A stretch of DNA of 63,749 nt, filler included, from Craspedostauros australis (taxonomy: Eukaryota), in NCBI GenBank assembly GCA_030167865.1. It is 6 parts of 6 records of this genome, joined end to end, with 100 filler letters (N's around TTAATTAATTAA, not from the genome) between each part and the next. Parts side by side here need not be neighbours in the genome. Positions count along the whole stretch, not along the records: positions 36,209 to 43,117 come from JALAGF010003496.1; positions 43,218 to 53,825 come from JALAGF010003497.1; 4 more parts are not named here. One strand, given 5' to 3'. Both the position numbers and the translations under genes were made by a program. The notes under the pieces are model-generated. The model worked only from the letters and a program-made list of their open reading frames with translations. It did not search any database and was not told where the DNA came from. How positions within the stretch are numbered: the stretch's first letter is position 1; each line of letters opens with the position of its first letter. Below, one piece after another: positions 36,608 to 50,292 of the stretch.

Positions 36608-37870
36608 CTAGTCATGGCAAATGGCTTTCCCTGCGTCAACAATTGCAGGGATCTGATACCAGTGCTTCGCGAGGGCAGCCGTGACATGACCTCCCAACAA
36701 CCACTGTACCGGGAACGCTACGGTCTTCGTGCTCACAGCGCCCTTCTCCAAGATCTCAACAAACGGCTCTGAATACTTCCTCGTGATGATATGATCGTGC
36801 TGCCCGGATATCATGCGCAAGGCTCCAAGGCTCAATCGTGAATCAACTTGATCCAAGCTGGCACCTTCGACCTCCAGCAACTGCTTACGATGATCGCTAA
36901 GGATGTTGGCCATGATGGTCAGATTGAACTTCAAAAAGACATCAAGAGTTGCCGCCTTGAGTTCCTGCCGAGTGAGGGACTTGTGTTTGTCATCATCGTG
37001 AAGCGCATCCCAATCGACGGAGGGCTGCAAAATACTATCAGGCAAGACGGCGGGCGTCCCGCTGCCAACATATGGGATGCATGCAATGTGCTGACCCGGG
37101 ATACCTGCGAACATGCACGTGATGCTGACCAGCGAAGACATGGCAGCACCCCAGGAAAAGCCTGTGACGCAGATTCGCCGCGAGTTGCTCTTGCCTTCGG
37201 AGTAGAAGTACCATGCCAAGGCTGAGGCTTCGTTGACAATGGCAATAGTTTGAAGGAAGAAGTCTTTGACGTTGTTGATGAAGAAGAGCTTTTGGTCCTT
37301 CGGCATGCGAGCAGCGTAGAATGGTGCTGTGATGATGACGCTTGACCATCCGTGGTCTCTTGCCAACCGATTGGCCATTGCCAGACGTTCGGTCTTGCCG
37401 GCTTCGCCTGTGGCAGGCATCATGATGACGACGACTTCATGCGATGGTTTGTTCGCCTTGAGATTGTCCAAGGTTAGAGCTGTTGGCTTCACATAGTAGA
37501 AGCGACATTGCCTTGTCCCCTTCGGCAGAGCATGTTGCATTGGACTCATGAACTTTCCCAACTGAACAGAGATGACATCGTTGCTCAGCTTCTTCTTGGA
37601 TGCTTCGTCCCATTCGATCTTGTCCTTCATGCCTGGATAAAGCGCGCCCTTGTCATCGGCGCTGCTGGCATCATCTGGCTTGACGGAGATCTTGGCATCG
37701 GCAAGCCTCTTGTAGAATGCGTCGGACTCTTTGAGGGCGTAGTCCGTGTCATCCCATCCATCCTTGAAGAACTTGGGCAGGGAGACGCACGGCAATCGAA
37801 CGATAGCGCAGTACGCGAGGTCGATGGCGCCCAGCCACCAGCTCAAGCTGAGAACATCCACAATACCCAT
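36608..37870 (-). CDS. ABHD18/DUF2048-like hydrolase (copy 2, variant N-terminus)
   Basis: Matches copy 1 over 36209-37803, then diverges (MGIVDVLS...GAIDLAYCAIV versus MGTVDILS...GVIDLAYCVLV). Confidence 0.75.
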   Translation of the reverse strand: MGIVDVLSLSWWLGAIDLAYCAIVRLPCVSLPKFFKDGWDDTDYALKESDAFYKRLADAKISVKPDDASSADDKGALYPGMKDKIEWDEASKKKLSNDVISVQLGKFMSPMQHALPKGTRQCRFYYVKPTALTLDNLKANKPSHEVVVIMMPATGEAGKTERLAMANRLARDHGWSSVIITAPFYAARMPKDQKLFFINNVKDFFLQTIAIVNEASALAWYFYSEGKSNSRRICVTGFSWGAAMSSLVSITCMFAGIPGQHIACIPYVGSGTPAVLPDSILQPSVDWDALHDDDKHKSLTRQELKAATLDVFLKFNLTIMANILSDHRKQLLEVEGASLDQVDSRLSLGALRMISGQHDHIITRKYSEPFVEILEKGAVSTKTVAFPVQWLLGGHVTAALAKHWYQIPAIVDAGKAICHD

Positions 37871-39210
37871 TGTCCGCGCTGTTGGCGTTTGCACTGTGCG
37901 TCGTTGGCTTGTTCGTTGGATGGGATGGGAAGGAAGTGGGAGGCGTTGCGATTTATGATGCTGGACCAGGCGTCCAATCGATGATGTGGGATGTTTGTGT
38001 TGCTTTCCTTTGCTTTGGGTGGCTCGACAGCCAACAAGCGACGGACTAAATACAATTCGATTGGAATTATCTGATTACAACCACCACTACAATCGCACTG
38101 TTCAGTCTCTGGACCTGTCCCTGGACTTGTGGCCGGGCGGACGCTGACGGCCGCGCTGTCGCTTCGACAATCCGCGCGATGTGCCCAACGAGACACAGAC
38201 GTGACCTTCAGGTATTGAAGCTATGGGGCAGGGCGCTTGCATCTGTGACGTGCGTCGCAAGTAATGACCCGCAGAAGGCATAGTTGTCGGGCACCGCGTC
38301 TTGTGCCCATAATTCTTAGTTTCCATCCTTTTTCCCGCCAGAACAGTTTGTTCGCAAAAAGGAATGACGCAGTGATCGTGGATGTTCCTGTCGCTGCGGA
38401 GGTGGCGTTTTTGTGGGTGGGAGGAAAAGGTTGTCCTCCGATCCGTGAAGCCACCGGCCGAACCCAAAGACGGCACGCTCTGTTTTTGTCGTTCAGACAC
38501 TCTCAAAAGCTGCGGGAGAATTGTACTGTCTCACAATCAAGTTCAAATGGAACAAAGAAGCACGACCGACGGACCCTGATAGTACACCCTCAGAGATCGT
38601 AGTGCTCATGCGATATCATTGTATCAGTTGGGACAGACTTGGTCCGGGATTGTTACGGGACTCAGCTGTCCATGTCGCGTTCATGGTACCAGGTACCCCA
38701 ACCCGGTACTGTGATAACAGGCTACCGCGCGCATGGTGAGTAGTTGAACCACAATCCATGCTCTGCTCACCCTCCAGCTCATGCGCTCCTGCCACCTGTC
38801 CAAACTCGCCTTCTTGCAGAACCTGTGCTTGTCTTGAAGTACATCCACATCCATGGATCAAGTGCTGCTCTACGGATGGGGCTACTGAACAGCTGTGAGT
38901 GTGCAGAACCACCGCGACATGTTGCTGCGCAACAAGAACGGCTGAAGCACGACAGCATGAACCCCTACCTTTTTACTCGATCGTCCTATCAATAGCAAGC
39001 TTGACACATAAAAACAAGCAATCAGAAACAATCTTTACAGCTTACTTCCGAGTCTACTACAGTTACATCATTGTCTGATACAGCTTTGTTCTCAACATCA
39101 AAAGGCGCCAAAACCGGTTGAAGGACAGACCATCCTCCTGACAACGTGCAACAGACACGGAATACCAACTGTATCCCTTCATGACCTAAACGATATAATA
39201 TTTCGTTTAA

Positions 39211-40745
39211 CCGTTTCAGTTTATGTTATATTTTGATGGCAACATCTACGTGTACAATGGAACTTTCTTTACATGGTTCGAAAGCTCTTGAGTGCAGCTT
39301 CCAATGATTATGTTTAAGTTTTATGTTTCTTACTGCCATCTTATCGCTAATCGAGCCTGAAGTACTCGTGACTTCATTTTGCACCGCCGGACTGGAGCGA
39401 CACTGTTCAGCGAGGCTCGAATTGTGAGGCTGGCGACATCACATCCGTTTTTTTCACATCACACTCGCTGAAAATGCCGTTGCATTTCGCTTTCAGCGAC
39501 TCCTTCCTCTCCTCTTCCAAGGTTGGTGTCTCCTCTCGTCTCCTCTCGTATCCTTTCCGTCTTCATCACCTCCTTCCTTCATGCATGCCTGGGTGTGGCA
39601 ACATCATCACTTGTGATGGTCATCTTCATACGGTCTTGGCTTCATGGCATCGTTTCTTCCGCTAACTCCAACAATCATGGAGCTCATAATTTCATCACAC
39701 TCACAAATCATCACACTCGCACGATCATCGCACCCGTGCCGTCATGCCGCCATCTCCAAAACACGTACCGAAGGCACTGCCACTGCTTCAGGCTGCCAGT
39801 CCCCACAACCAAGCAACAGTGAAGTCCAAACCGCATGCAACTTCAAGCCCTTCATTATTCCAAGCAGAGAGCATGCTTCCGTATGACATCAGTCGGTCAT
39901 GCATTGTGTTCGTCAACAAGTCACCCATGTCACCCACGAACAACGACAGCATAGATCGCACAGCACATCCGTCGCCAATGCCCACCTACCGCGATTTCTT
40001 GAACGGTGGTCCACCCAACGATTCCACCAATCCACGGGGTAGCGTCAACAGGGACATGCGGTATTTGTACAACAGCTTATCACATCCACCCAAGCAGACT
40101 TCTCCATCTGACCACACCAACTCGACGAGCCAAGGTTCCACAACAGTTTCCTTCAGGTTGAGCAACAGCACCATCGAATGCCACAGCTCACCAATTCTGG
40201 TGCCAACTATCCACCACATGGATCAAGCAGCAACAGCAAGACACTTTGCCTCAACCAGAAGAGATCTTTCATTCAGTGCCAGTTTGGCTTTGTTTGGATC
40301 AAGCATTGCCAGGAGCGCCGACAATGGTTCTACCACTACATTCAGTGGAAGAAAGGATCCACAAGGCACCTCCTTCGACTCCATCAATGGCACAGCATTG
40401 GCAAACACCCCAGCCAGGTTTGCCAGCCCATCTCTGTTGCGACCGACCAATTATGGATGTGCAGATGACAATGCATCTGGTGCGGCTCTTCACCAAGGGG
40501 CCAAGTCTGTATCTCAATCACATGCAGAGAAAAAGAAACACCCTCAACATGAGACAAAGCCAGCACATCAGTATGTGCCACTGCCTGTCAGTGCACACAA
40601 ACCATGCTTCCGGCCCATCCGCAATGTGGAAATGAACATCGACACTATCCTGGAAATCTTCTTTCCACTCTCGCTCCTGGAGAAGATCCAATTCCATACC
40701 AACAACCATCTTCGAAGCACCAAATCAATGGCATGTTGGCAAGTT
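39211..40745 (+). mobile_element. Probable 5' fragment of a piggyBac-like transposon
   Basis: TTAA|CCGTTTCAG at 39207-39219. Subterminal dyad gaaagct...agcttcc at ~39280-39302. The ORF contains ILEIFFPLSLLEKIQFHTN, similar to the piggyBac N-terminal 'FxLFF...I...TN' motif. CpG-poor. Confidence 0.5.
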
Positions 40746-41921
40746 CCACGGGCGGATACTCTTGCAATCATGGAAGATGGTGTTGGTTGTGACGATTCTG
40801 TTTGCTATTTCATTACATTGACACTCCAATCCTCTCAGTGTCTCTTGTTCTCTTGCCCGATGCTCTTGGTGTGTCTCTCTCCAACTATGAGTCAGTACAC
40901 GAGATGCTCTCTTGCTGTTGCTCATATTCTCTCTCTCAATGTTATGTGCTCACACCATTCAATATTCCGTACTCAATGCGTACTCTGCATGCAGTACAGA
41001 ATCCGTTGTTTCATTCTCTACTGGCCCACTACTTCACGAGTAGTCACCAATACTCCCACACTGCACTCCTCCTTGTATATCCACAATCTCAATGTCCCTT
41101 GGTCATCAAATCTTTGCCTTCTTGATCTGATGTGGAGACAGATGTCAACGTGGTGACATGCTGGCATCTTGTCAACGTCAGCTGTTGGCTTCCACGGTCC
41201 TTCTGATTCCATATTCCATTGATGATGCAATGGTCTAGCAAGGATATTGTCATTTGAGGTTTAGTTGGGAAATACATCAAGCTTCGCTCAATGCCAGACG
41301 TTTCCATTGGTTGATGGATGGACGATGTTCCTGATGTTCTCAGAAATCGTTGTTTCCAAATTTCCTCCAGAAATTCTGCTTATTTTCGTGTGTTTGATTT
41401 GTGATGTGATTTCGGCAAATCACAGTTCACTATCGACACAGATGTAGTTGTACCATCCGTACATGAGTGTAAGAGAATAACGGGTGAACGATGCACATGC
41501 ACACCTGTACATCCCGACATGTCATGCCTCACGACGATCCGCAATCGGCGTGATGGGTGTCCGATCTGCCGCGCAAGGATTGTGACGATTGCGTCCCGCG
41601 CTATCGCGAGAGTGTCATGATCGAGTGTTGGCCGTGCAGCAATACAGGATGTTCCTCAGCATCAATGGCAGCATTCATCGTTCTCCAGTCACTCGGAACC
41701 AATGATTCATTCCTTACAACTATATATCGCAATATGTACGTACTACCTACGGAGTAAAATGCCATGGCGGTTGAATACCAACACCAATGTGTATGGCACT
41801 GTCACGGAGTAATTGGTGTGTCTTCATCACGAGTCGTAGCCAGCGCCATCAACTCTTGATGTGCGATTCATAGAATGCGCCTTTCACAGTCCACCAGGCA
41901 ACCAACCAATCATTCAACGGA

Positions 41922-43117
41922 CTAGTCATGGCAAATGGCTTTCCCTGCGTCAACAATTGCAGGGATCTGATACCAGTGCTTCGCGAGGGCAGCCGTGACA
42001 TGACCTCCCAACAACCACTGTACCGGGAACGCTACGGTCTTCGTGCTCACAGCGCCCTTCTCCAAGATCTCAACAAACGGCTCTGAATACTTCCTCGTGA
42101 TGATATGATCGTGCTGCCCGGATATCATGCGCAAGGCTCCAAGGCTCAATCGTGAATCAACTTGATCCAAGCTGGCACCTTCGACCTCCAGCAACTGCTT
42201 ACGATGATCGCTAAGGATGTTGGCCATGATGGTCAGATTGAACTTCAAAAAGACATCAAGAGTTGCCGCCTTGAGTTCCTGCCGAGTGAGGGACTTGTGT
42301 TTGTCATCATCGTGAAGCGCATCCCAATCGACGGAGGGCTGCAAAATACTATCAGGCAAGACGGCGGGCGTCCCGCTGCCAACATATGGGATGCATGCAA
42401 TGTGCTGACCCGGGATACCTGCGAACATGCACGTGATGCTGACCAGCGAAGACATGGCAGCACCCCAGGAAAAGCCTGTGACGCAGATTCGCCGCGAGTT
42501 GCTCTTGCCTTCGGAGTAGAAGTACCATGCCAAGGCTGAGGCTTCGTTGACAATGGCAATAGTTTGAAGGAAGAAGTCTTTGACGTTGTTGATGAAGAAG
42601 AGCTTTTGGTCCTTCGGCATGCGAGCAGCGTAGAATGGTGCTGTGATGATGACGCTTGACCATCCGTGGTCTCTTGCCAACCGATTGGCCATTGCCAGAC
42701 GTTCGGTCTTGCCGGCTTCGCCTGTGGCAGGCATCATGATGACGACGACTTCATGCGATGGTTTGTTCGCCTTGAGATTGTCCAAGGTTAGAGCTGTTGG
42801 CTTCACATAGTAGAAGCGACATTGCCTTGTCCCCTTCGGCAGAGCATGTTGCATTGGACTCATGAACTTTCCCAACTGAACAGAGATGACATCGTTGCTC
42901 AGCTTCTTCTTGGATGCTTCGTCCCATTCGATCTTGTCCTTCATGCCTGGATAAAGCGCGCCCTTGTCATCGGCGCTGCTGGCATCATCTGGCTTGACGG
43001 AGATCTTGGCATCGGCAAGCCTCTTGTAGAATGCGTCGGACTCTTTGAGGGCGTAGTCCGTGTCATCCCATCCATCCTTGAAGAACTTGGGCAGGGAGAC
43101 GCACGGCAATCGAACGA
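41922..43117 (-). CDS. ABHD18/DUF2048-like hydrolase (copy 3, 5' end in a gap)
   Basis: 41523-43117 matches 6654-8248 and 36209-37803. Confidence 0.65.
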
Positions 43118-43217
43118 NNNNNNNNNNNNNNNNNNNNNNNNNNNNNNNNNNNNNNNNNNNNTTAATTAATTAANNNNNNNNNNNNNNNNNNNNNNNNNNN
43201 NNNNNNNNNNNNNNNNN
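43118..43217. other. Assembly gap with linker
   Basis: N-run containing TTAATTAATTAA. Confidence 0.97.
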
Positions 43218-45197
43218 CATCCATACATGGTTTTTGCTGTTGTGCTGCAGCAATTGATGTGCTTCTCAGAAACAAGTTGGTCAGTTGAGTGTGCCCACTC
43301 TCCTGCTTCCTCCTTTTCGTGGCTATAGTGATGATATTGCCAAATACATCTTGCAATGTCTCCAAGGAAGTCGCCACAGAGCTTCAATGGTTAAGCATGT
43401 TTTGGTAGTTTGCCAATGTGGTGGCCCGGTCGAGGTCGGCGGAAGTATGGATGTCTTGTGTGCAACAGTAGTGCATCAGCTTGTGCAGAAACAACATGAC
43501 GACTTCGAGAATGCGCACCACGGCTTGGCATTGAAATGTATCAAATGGTGGGTGTGCTTTGTGTTGCGTCGCCATCCTGGAGACGACATCGGATCCACCT
43601 TTCAAGGCATTCAAGCGAGATATGATGCTGGGCACGAAAGTGTGCACGTGTGGAATAGGGATGGGCAATTCCTGGCATGCCTTCCAGATCTTGAGCGTGT
43701 GTGACACATCTTCCACTGTCAATGCCGCGATGTGCTGCCCTCCCAAGGAGCGTACCTTTGGGTTGCGCTCTGATGACAGATATGTTTGCAGCGACTTCCC
43801 TGAGCTGGTAGCAGCAAGGGATCCACTTGTGTATGCGAAATCCAACTTGAACAGGTAAAAATCCTGCAGTACAATCTGATAGGATGAAAGGAGCGCCGGT
43901 GGGAATCTTGTTGACATGGACCTCATTATGTTTGCAGTAGAGTCACCTGCTAGCATTCAATTGGAACAGACGGATTCGTGCAATCGCATTCGAAATAGAG
44001 AGAACGCAGGAGTGAGGACGTGGTGCCAACGATGTGAGTAGTCATGGCATTTGCATGCTGTACATGGAAGCACTCACCAATCACCAATATAGCACCAGAG
44101 ACTCCAAACATGAATGCATGATGGAGGAGTTGTATCATCTCTGCGTCCTTCTCAAACAGAGCTCTCCATTCATCGCTCTGTGCATGAAGGAATACGTGGC
44201 CCGTGCCATCGAGGTTGTGCTCTCTGTTCGCCTTGAGCTGGTGAAGTTTCTCAACATTTTCTGTGGCTGGTGTAGTTATTGTCTTCATCTCAATCACGAA
44301 CACCTCGTCGGTGCTGTCATCATTGGGATCACCGACGATGGCCAGGAAGTCTACAGAGGCGCGAGCATATTGCCTTGACATGCTGCGCACCACTCCTCCT
44401 CGGTAGGAGGCCTTGACCCGTCCGTTTTTGCCACCCACTCCAGCACAATCCAACACTCTTTTCATCAGGGGGACTTTGTTGGTATGTCCAAGCTTCACGG
44501 TCTTGGCTTGTTTTCCATGGATGCCCTTCATGAACCATGACTGCAGCATGGTGGTCGACAGCTTGTCATCGAGAGCGGTCATCCACGGGGTGAGGCCAGT
44601 TCTGCCCTCATCGCCATTCGACTCCTTGTCATTTTCCAATTCTTTCAGTCTCAAAGCTATCAATCTCTCAATCATCTGTTCTCTGTTGAGTTTGATTATC
44701 TTCACCCTTGGTAGACGTTGCTTCAGCTCCTTCTTGAGTGTTCCGTCGGCCACAGCAACGAATTGCCTCCGGACCTTGTCGGATTCTTCGAGAACGGTTC
44801 GAAGCATGGTGCACCGTGTTGCCCTGGACCTTTTTGTCTTGTTCTGATAGAACAATCGCATGAGTTCCACAAAGTCTTCATCACACATGGTATCAGCTTT
44901 GTCAGCGGTAGAGTTGATAGATGCAAGGAGTGCAGCTTCCGTTTCTGTGGAGTTGAAATCGGGTCGTGTTAGGTTGTTAAACATGGCAACGGCTTTCAGC
45001 CTTTGTGATTCCATTGCCAAGGCCTCTGAATACTCAGCCTTCAGCTTCACCACATCCCTCCCAATGTACTGACCAATTGTCTCCCATGCCACTTGATTGA
45101 ATGTGTTGTGATTGGCAGAATTGCACCACTCTCCACTGTCAAGTACGGCTTTGATCATAGCAAAGACTGATGTGCTTGTAAAAGCAAATCGCCGATG
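43218..45197 (-). mobile_element. 5'-truncated copy of the piggyBac-like/YqaJ-nuclease element
   Basis: Colinear with 53926-55905, mostly with transition differences. Homology stops after aaatcgccgatg at 45197. Confidence 0.9.
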
Positions 45198-45612
45198 GCT
45201 GTATTCGTCACTTCATTCTGCTTTGGGTGGTGTGCTGGTCGGCGGCCCAGATTGCTTTTGTGTGTTGCATTGTGTGTTTGAAGTCAGTCACAAATGCTCG
45301 TGACAGGCATGATCATCAATCCGTGAACATAAAAAAGTTCGCGCCAAAAATTATCGTGTGTTGTTTACGTGTTGTTGATTCGGACTGAGTTGCTCACATG
45401 AGTCTATCTACTTTATGCAAGGTTGTTGCATCGCCCTGACGTCGTATCATCGTGTGGCTGCCTTCAATCGACGTAGTATCCTCTCCTGCACCCGCCCATG
45501 TAGTATTGGTCTTCGTCCTTCACTTGCTCCAAAGATATACCAACTTTCCTCCAGATCAGTGCTCCTCCAAGTATCACAATCAACCCGTCCACCACCACCA
45601 CTCCTCTTCACC

Positions 45613-48224
45613 ATGCCTCTCAAAGTTGGTTCCCACGTCCTCTCTAAGTTCAACCATCCCTCCCACGGATCTCATGGTGAGAAGGTCCCTCTCCGCACCA
45701 TCGTCCTGAAGTCCCTCGCTGATCGTGTCTGGTCAATCCACTGGACCTCGCTCGAGGTTGTGTGTGACCACCAAGCTGCGACGTTGAAGCTCATCAACGA
45801 ACCCATCTACCATGCCCCTCCTGACAAGATTACCAACCTCATCCGCACCCGCTACATTGGGAAGGGTGTGTTGGCACTGCGACGCTTCCAGGAGAAGCGT
45901 GCATTCACCGCTGCGCTCCATAGAGCTCCAGAATGGCTCAGCAGTCAGGAACGTGATGGCCGGCGTCTCCATTGCCCACGCATCGACCGCAAACCACCCC
46001 GATCGCTCCCATCATGGCCACCCTGAATCGATGTCAAGAGTTCCTCCAGCTGGATCAAACTCTGCCTCTCGCTCTTTTTGCGTCGAAGGAGCAATCTCCG
46101 ATGGCGACGAGCTTCGCGCTGATGTTCGCAGCAGCAGCCGCGATGCCTCTGATGGAGCCGATGATGCTGATGGTGGCAGCGACTTGCCCATGGGCGACGA
46201 CGCCAGCGCCTTGTCAGTCCATGATGGACCACACCTCGACTACTCCTTTTGAGGCGACCGACTGGCCAACGCAGTGCCGCACAGGGCAGCCAAGCTTGCC
46301 CTTATGGGGACGAATGTGGTTGTGGGCAAGGGCCTTGATACTCAGACCTGGACTGTGGTTCCTGACGACCACATCCAGGCTCACAGCCCTTCGCCATGCA
46401 AGACTGTGGCAGTGACGGGGTTTAACTTCCGCGACACATCGCAAAAGTCAAGCAGCAACCGAAGGGGCCGTGCCAACTTGTTGCATCTCATCCAACATAT
46501 GTGACCAGGTGACTGGAAAGCGCAGGTGGACTGCTTCAACCAGCGGACCATCAATGCGAATTCAGCAGGAAATTCGATCGGAATCTCTCGCACTGTCTTC
46601 GACAGCGAGTTCTGGGTGTTCTTTGGCATCCTGCTTTTGGGCAAGCTTCACAAAACCTGCAACCTGTGGGGACAGGGACAACAGGAGGGTTCCTGCAGAC
46701 TACGAACATCTCGAACTACATGTCCAAAGGACGCTTCCGCCAACTTCGCGAGATTCTGATGCCGATGATATTTGCGGATGAATCAAGGAGGGGCAAGGAT
46801 CCACGGTGGCAGATTCAGGCAGGCGTCGAGGCATTCAACCGCCAGCGCTCCGAAGTTGCCATACCAAGTCATATCAATGTACTTGATGAATCCATGAGCG
46901 CTTTTCAACCTCAAACAAAGAAAACTGGGAACCTGCCACACCTGACATTCGTCAGTCGCAAGCCAGAGCCCTTAGGTACCGAGTTAACGTCAGTGGCTGA
47001 TGGTGCAACTGGCATCATGCTGCATCTGGAGATACAGAGAGGCTAGAAGGGGATGGAGAATGCAAAATATCTTGATACTGTGAAGCGAGCACATGTCGCC
47101 TGCACCCTTCGCATGGCAATGGCCATGAGCAGAATGGGAGAGCAGAACCTTCACTACCATCCACCACACCTTCCAAAGAGCATCTTCCTTGGCGATACCT
47201 GGTTGGTTCCTATCGGACAGTTCATGCCTTGACCACTCAAGCAGATTCCGATTTCATTGGCGTTGTCAAAAACAACCATGCCAGTTTCCCAAAAGCCTTT
47301 CTTGAGAAATCAATGGAGAATTGGCCATCTGGATCGCAGCTGCTCCTTTGGTGCAAAGGCGATGACGAAGGCAGTGGCGATGGCAGCAACAAAACAAGAA
47401 CTGCATACTATGCAATGGGGTACAAGTATTGCAAGAAGAAAGTGATCTTGTTCGTGTTCTCAGAAGGGGCGGGTCATGTGAACCCGGGCAACCCATACAT
47501 TGCCCGGTGGATCTCAGATGAAGATACTGCGGAGTCCAGGGAAGTTCCAAGACCCCAAGTCGCAGCAAAATACTTCTGTGACTGTGGCAAAGTGGATAGC
47601 CACAATCAAGCCCGCCAAGACACCCTCGGTCTTGAGAGGGTGTGGAGGACCCGCAATGGCTACTTTCGCCTCATGACGACGTTGTTTGGGATAACTGTGG
47701 TGGATGCATGGCTGGCGTACAGACATCACTTGGCGGGAAACCACAGGCACAAGCAGGTGCCTCCTTATGATTTTGTCAATCTACTTGCAGAAGACATGAT
47801 ACAAAACAAGGAAGACCGCGTAGCAAGATGTGATCAAACACTTGTTGTTGGCATCAGTGCAGCATCAAGTGATACAACCAGCAACAATTCAAAACGAGGT
47901 GTAGAGATTGCTCCACTACCACCAAGGCCAAAAGAAAGGAACACAATGTTCGAAATATGCAATCATTGCATTCGAGTCACCGAAGACTCCATCCCCAACT
48001 CGTACACAAACTCCAAGGGGCAGAAAGTGATGGGGTGGAGGAAGAAAAGAGGCAAGTGCTGCAGATGCAAGAAGAGTGTCAAGTATGTCTGCCACGGATG
48101 CCCTTCTGCAGCAGCGAGTAAAACGGTGTGGTGTTGCTCTCCAGTTGGGGAAGATAGCAGCAGAAGCACTTGCTTTGAGCAACATGCATTGAAGCACATC
48201 GAGGACACTGGGCTGACTGTCTGA
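45613..48224 (+). pseudogene. Degenerate canonical piggyBac-like (DDE_Tnp_1_7-type) transposase
   Basis: NVLDESM...RKPEPLGTE...ADGATG, LGDTW, FIGVVK, GKVDSHNQARQ, GITVVDAWLAY and a C-terminal Cys-rich zinc ribbon (CCRC...VCHGC...CFEQH). Broken by stops (46502, 47044) and frameshifts. Confidence 0.85.
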
Positions 48225-49199
48225 TCATAACTACATTAACATACTATAATATGAATGGAATGGATGATGTATTGTAATGTTGAGCATTCGTGATGGCTCC
48301 AGGATGAAGCAAGATGATCACTGCATTGTTGCACTGAAATTCTCCACAATACATCGCGGTGATTGGCATTCGTGAATGGGATCAACGAGTGCCTGCTCCA
48401 AAGAAACAAACAGATCTCAACCACTACCCAACCAATCGCCACCAAAGTTGGAGAGTGCGATGACAAGCCACACATGAGAGTGATCACCAAAGAAGAGCTC
48501 AAACAAATGGAGCGGCATGGACTTGACGAGGAGGTTTGTGGCAGAAAAGGTGGTTTTGGGGCCGCTTCGAGTGGGACTGACGTACAAAATGTACCAGCGA
48601 CTACGGCGACATTGACTCATACGACTAGTTACCAATTGTTACCAATGGTTACAAAAAATTGGCCTCCACCCAAGCCAAAAGACACTAGGAATCAACAATA
48701 AGTGATAGTCATGGTATGCTGACATGTCTAGTGATGCCAGGTGCATCAGTGAGTGCGCGGCAGCAACATGTAGAGAGTAGAGCAGTGATGTCAGTGATGA
48801 TGCATGCAGAATCCTGACATTCACAAGCAAGACATATGGACAAGATCGAATATGGAAGAAGGTCCTAGACCAGACAGATTCAGACAGAGATGTGAAACGG
48901 CCCAAGAGGGGCAACTGTAGAGGAATTGTGCGATGGCCCATGATGGCATCGAGCAATGGAGTAGGAAGACCTGACGATGAACCACAGCAGAATTGGGCAG
49001 AACATTTGGAAGAGTGCAGAATGCACCAACTTAGGATGAATGAGATCTTGTTCTCACAAATCTCAACAATCATCAATTGAATACAATACTAACTTAGCAA
49101 CCAACAACCAAACACCAACCAACTTCTCCTGATCACCCTGGCAGCGTAGTAAGTGTAGTGTTTGGTGCCCTGACCTGTATGAAATTGCTGATTTTCAGG

Positions 49200-50292
49200 G
49201 GTTGTCGCTCTTGTGGAGCACTATGCCAATGCCCTCATTTGGGGTGGCCATGTCATGAGAATGGAGCAGCTGTACCTGCGTCCTCTGGGATGTTCTCCCA
49301 ACCACACCAACAGGAACATCGCAATTTCCGAATTGGATGACTCTGAAGCTATTGTCCACTTCCGCTTCCATCCATGCGACCTTCAACGTTTGGCAGACCA
49401 ACTGTAGCCGAAGCTTCGGGTTGTATCGGGCAAGACCGATCCTTGTTGCATCCAGGTTAATAATCGGTATGTGGTTTAGAACGAGATGGGGTTGTTGGTC
49501 ATGCTGTATCAGTTGGCCCATCGTGGACGTCTCTGCGATATGGAACAGAGATTTGGCATGGAGGCTTGTCGTATTTCGAGCATTGCTTGTACATTTTATG
49601 CTTGCTTCTACACAATCGGCAAGCCATACTTGAGTGATCTGGGTCTGTTCCTTGGCCGTTTCCCTGATTACGCTCAGCACAATCATTGGATCACTTGCGG
49701 TTTGGTGGACAATTGCATCGCTTTCATCGATGGCACCTTCTGGGAAACGTGCAGACCCATTCGGGATCAACGGCCGCTCTACTCCGGCTACAAACGAGCA
49801 CACGGAATACACTATCAAGGCATGGTTGCCTCAGATGGCTTGCTACTTCATTTCTATGGACCAATTGGTGGCAGTCACGACAACAATCACATGTACTTGC
49901 ATAGCCTTGTGCAACAGGAAATGGAAGTGCTGATGCTGTTTGATGAGACCAACCCTCCATTTCGTCTGTATGGAGACGCTGCCTATCCTACAAACCCATA
50001 CATATTCTGTGCATACAATAATATGGTGCATGGGTCGTCAAAGGCACAACGTGATGCGGACATGTCGTCTGAGCGCATCTGTGTCGAATGGGAGTTGAAA
50101 GAAATCACCTATGACTTCCCTCTTGTTGCTGTTCGCAGTGCCAACAAGATGGTGCAGAATCCACTCACCCATATTCACTACACTACAGCGTTCCTCCCCA
50201 ATGTGCTCTGCACAATGTATGGGAACCAGCAGTCAGACAGATACAAGTCCGCAAGAATGACATTCGAGGAGTACATAGATCTTATTTCGTGA
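49200..50292 (+). pseudogene. PIF/Harbinger-type DDE transposase (DDE_Tnp_4-like), disrupted at the N-terminus
   Basis: HFRF, LCDMEQRFG, catalytic IAFIDGT / LYGDAAYP / ERICVEW, YSGYKRAHG. Stop at 49405 plus a frameshift. Confidence 0.88.

Noticed and set aside
38651..38719. TGTTA...TAACA segment as a mini-LTR
   Set aside because: Only ~70 bp, with no TSD, no second copy, and no recognisable PBS or gag/pol sequence.
40750..41156. C-terminal third of ORF 39744..41156 as genuine protein
   Set aside because: Composition changes abruptly after the piggyBac-like motif, which looks like read-through into unrelated sequence.
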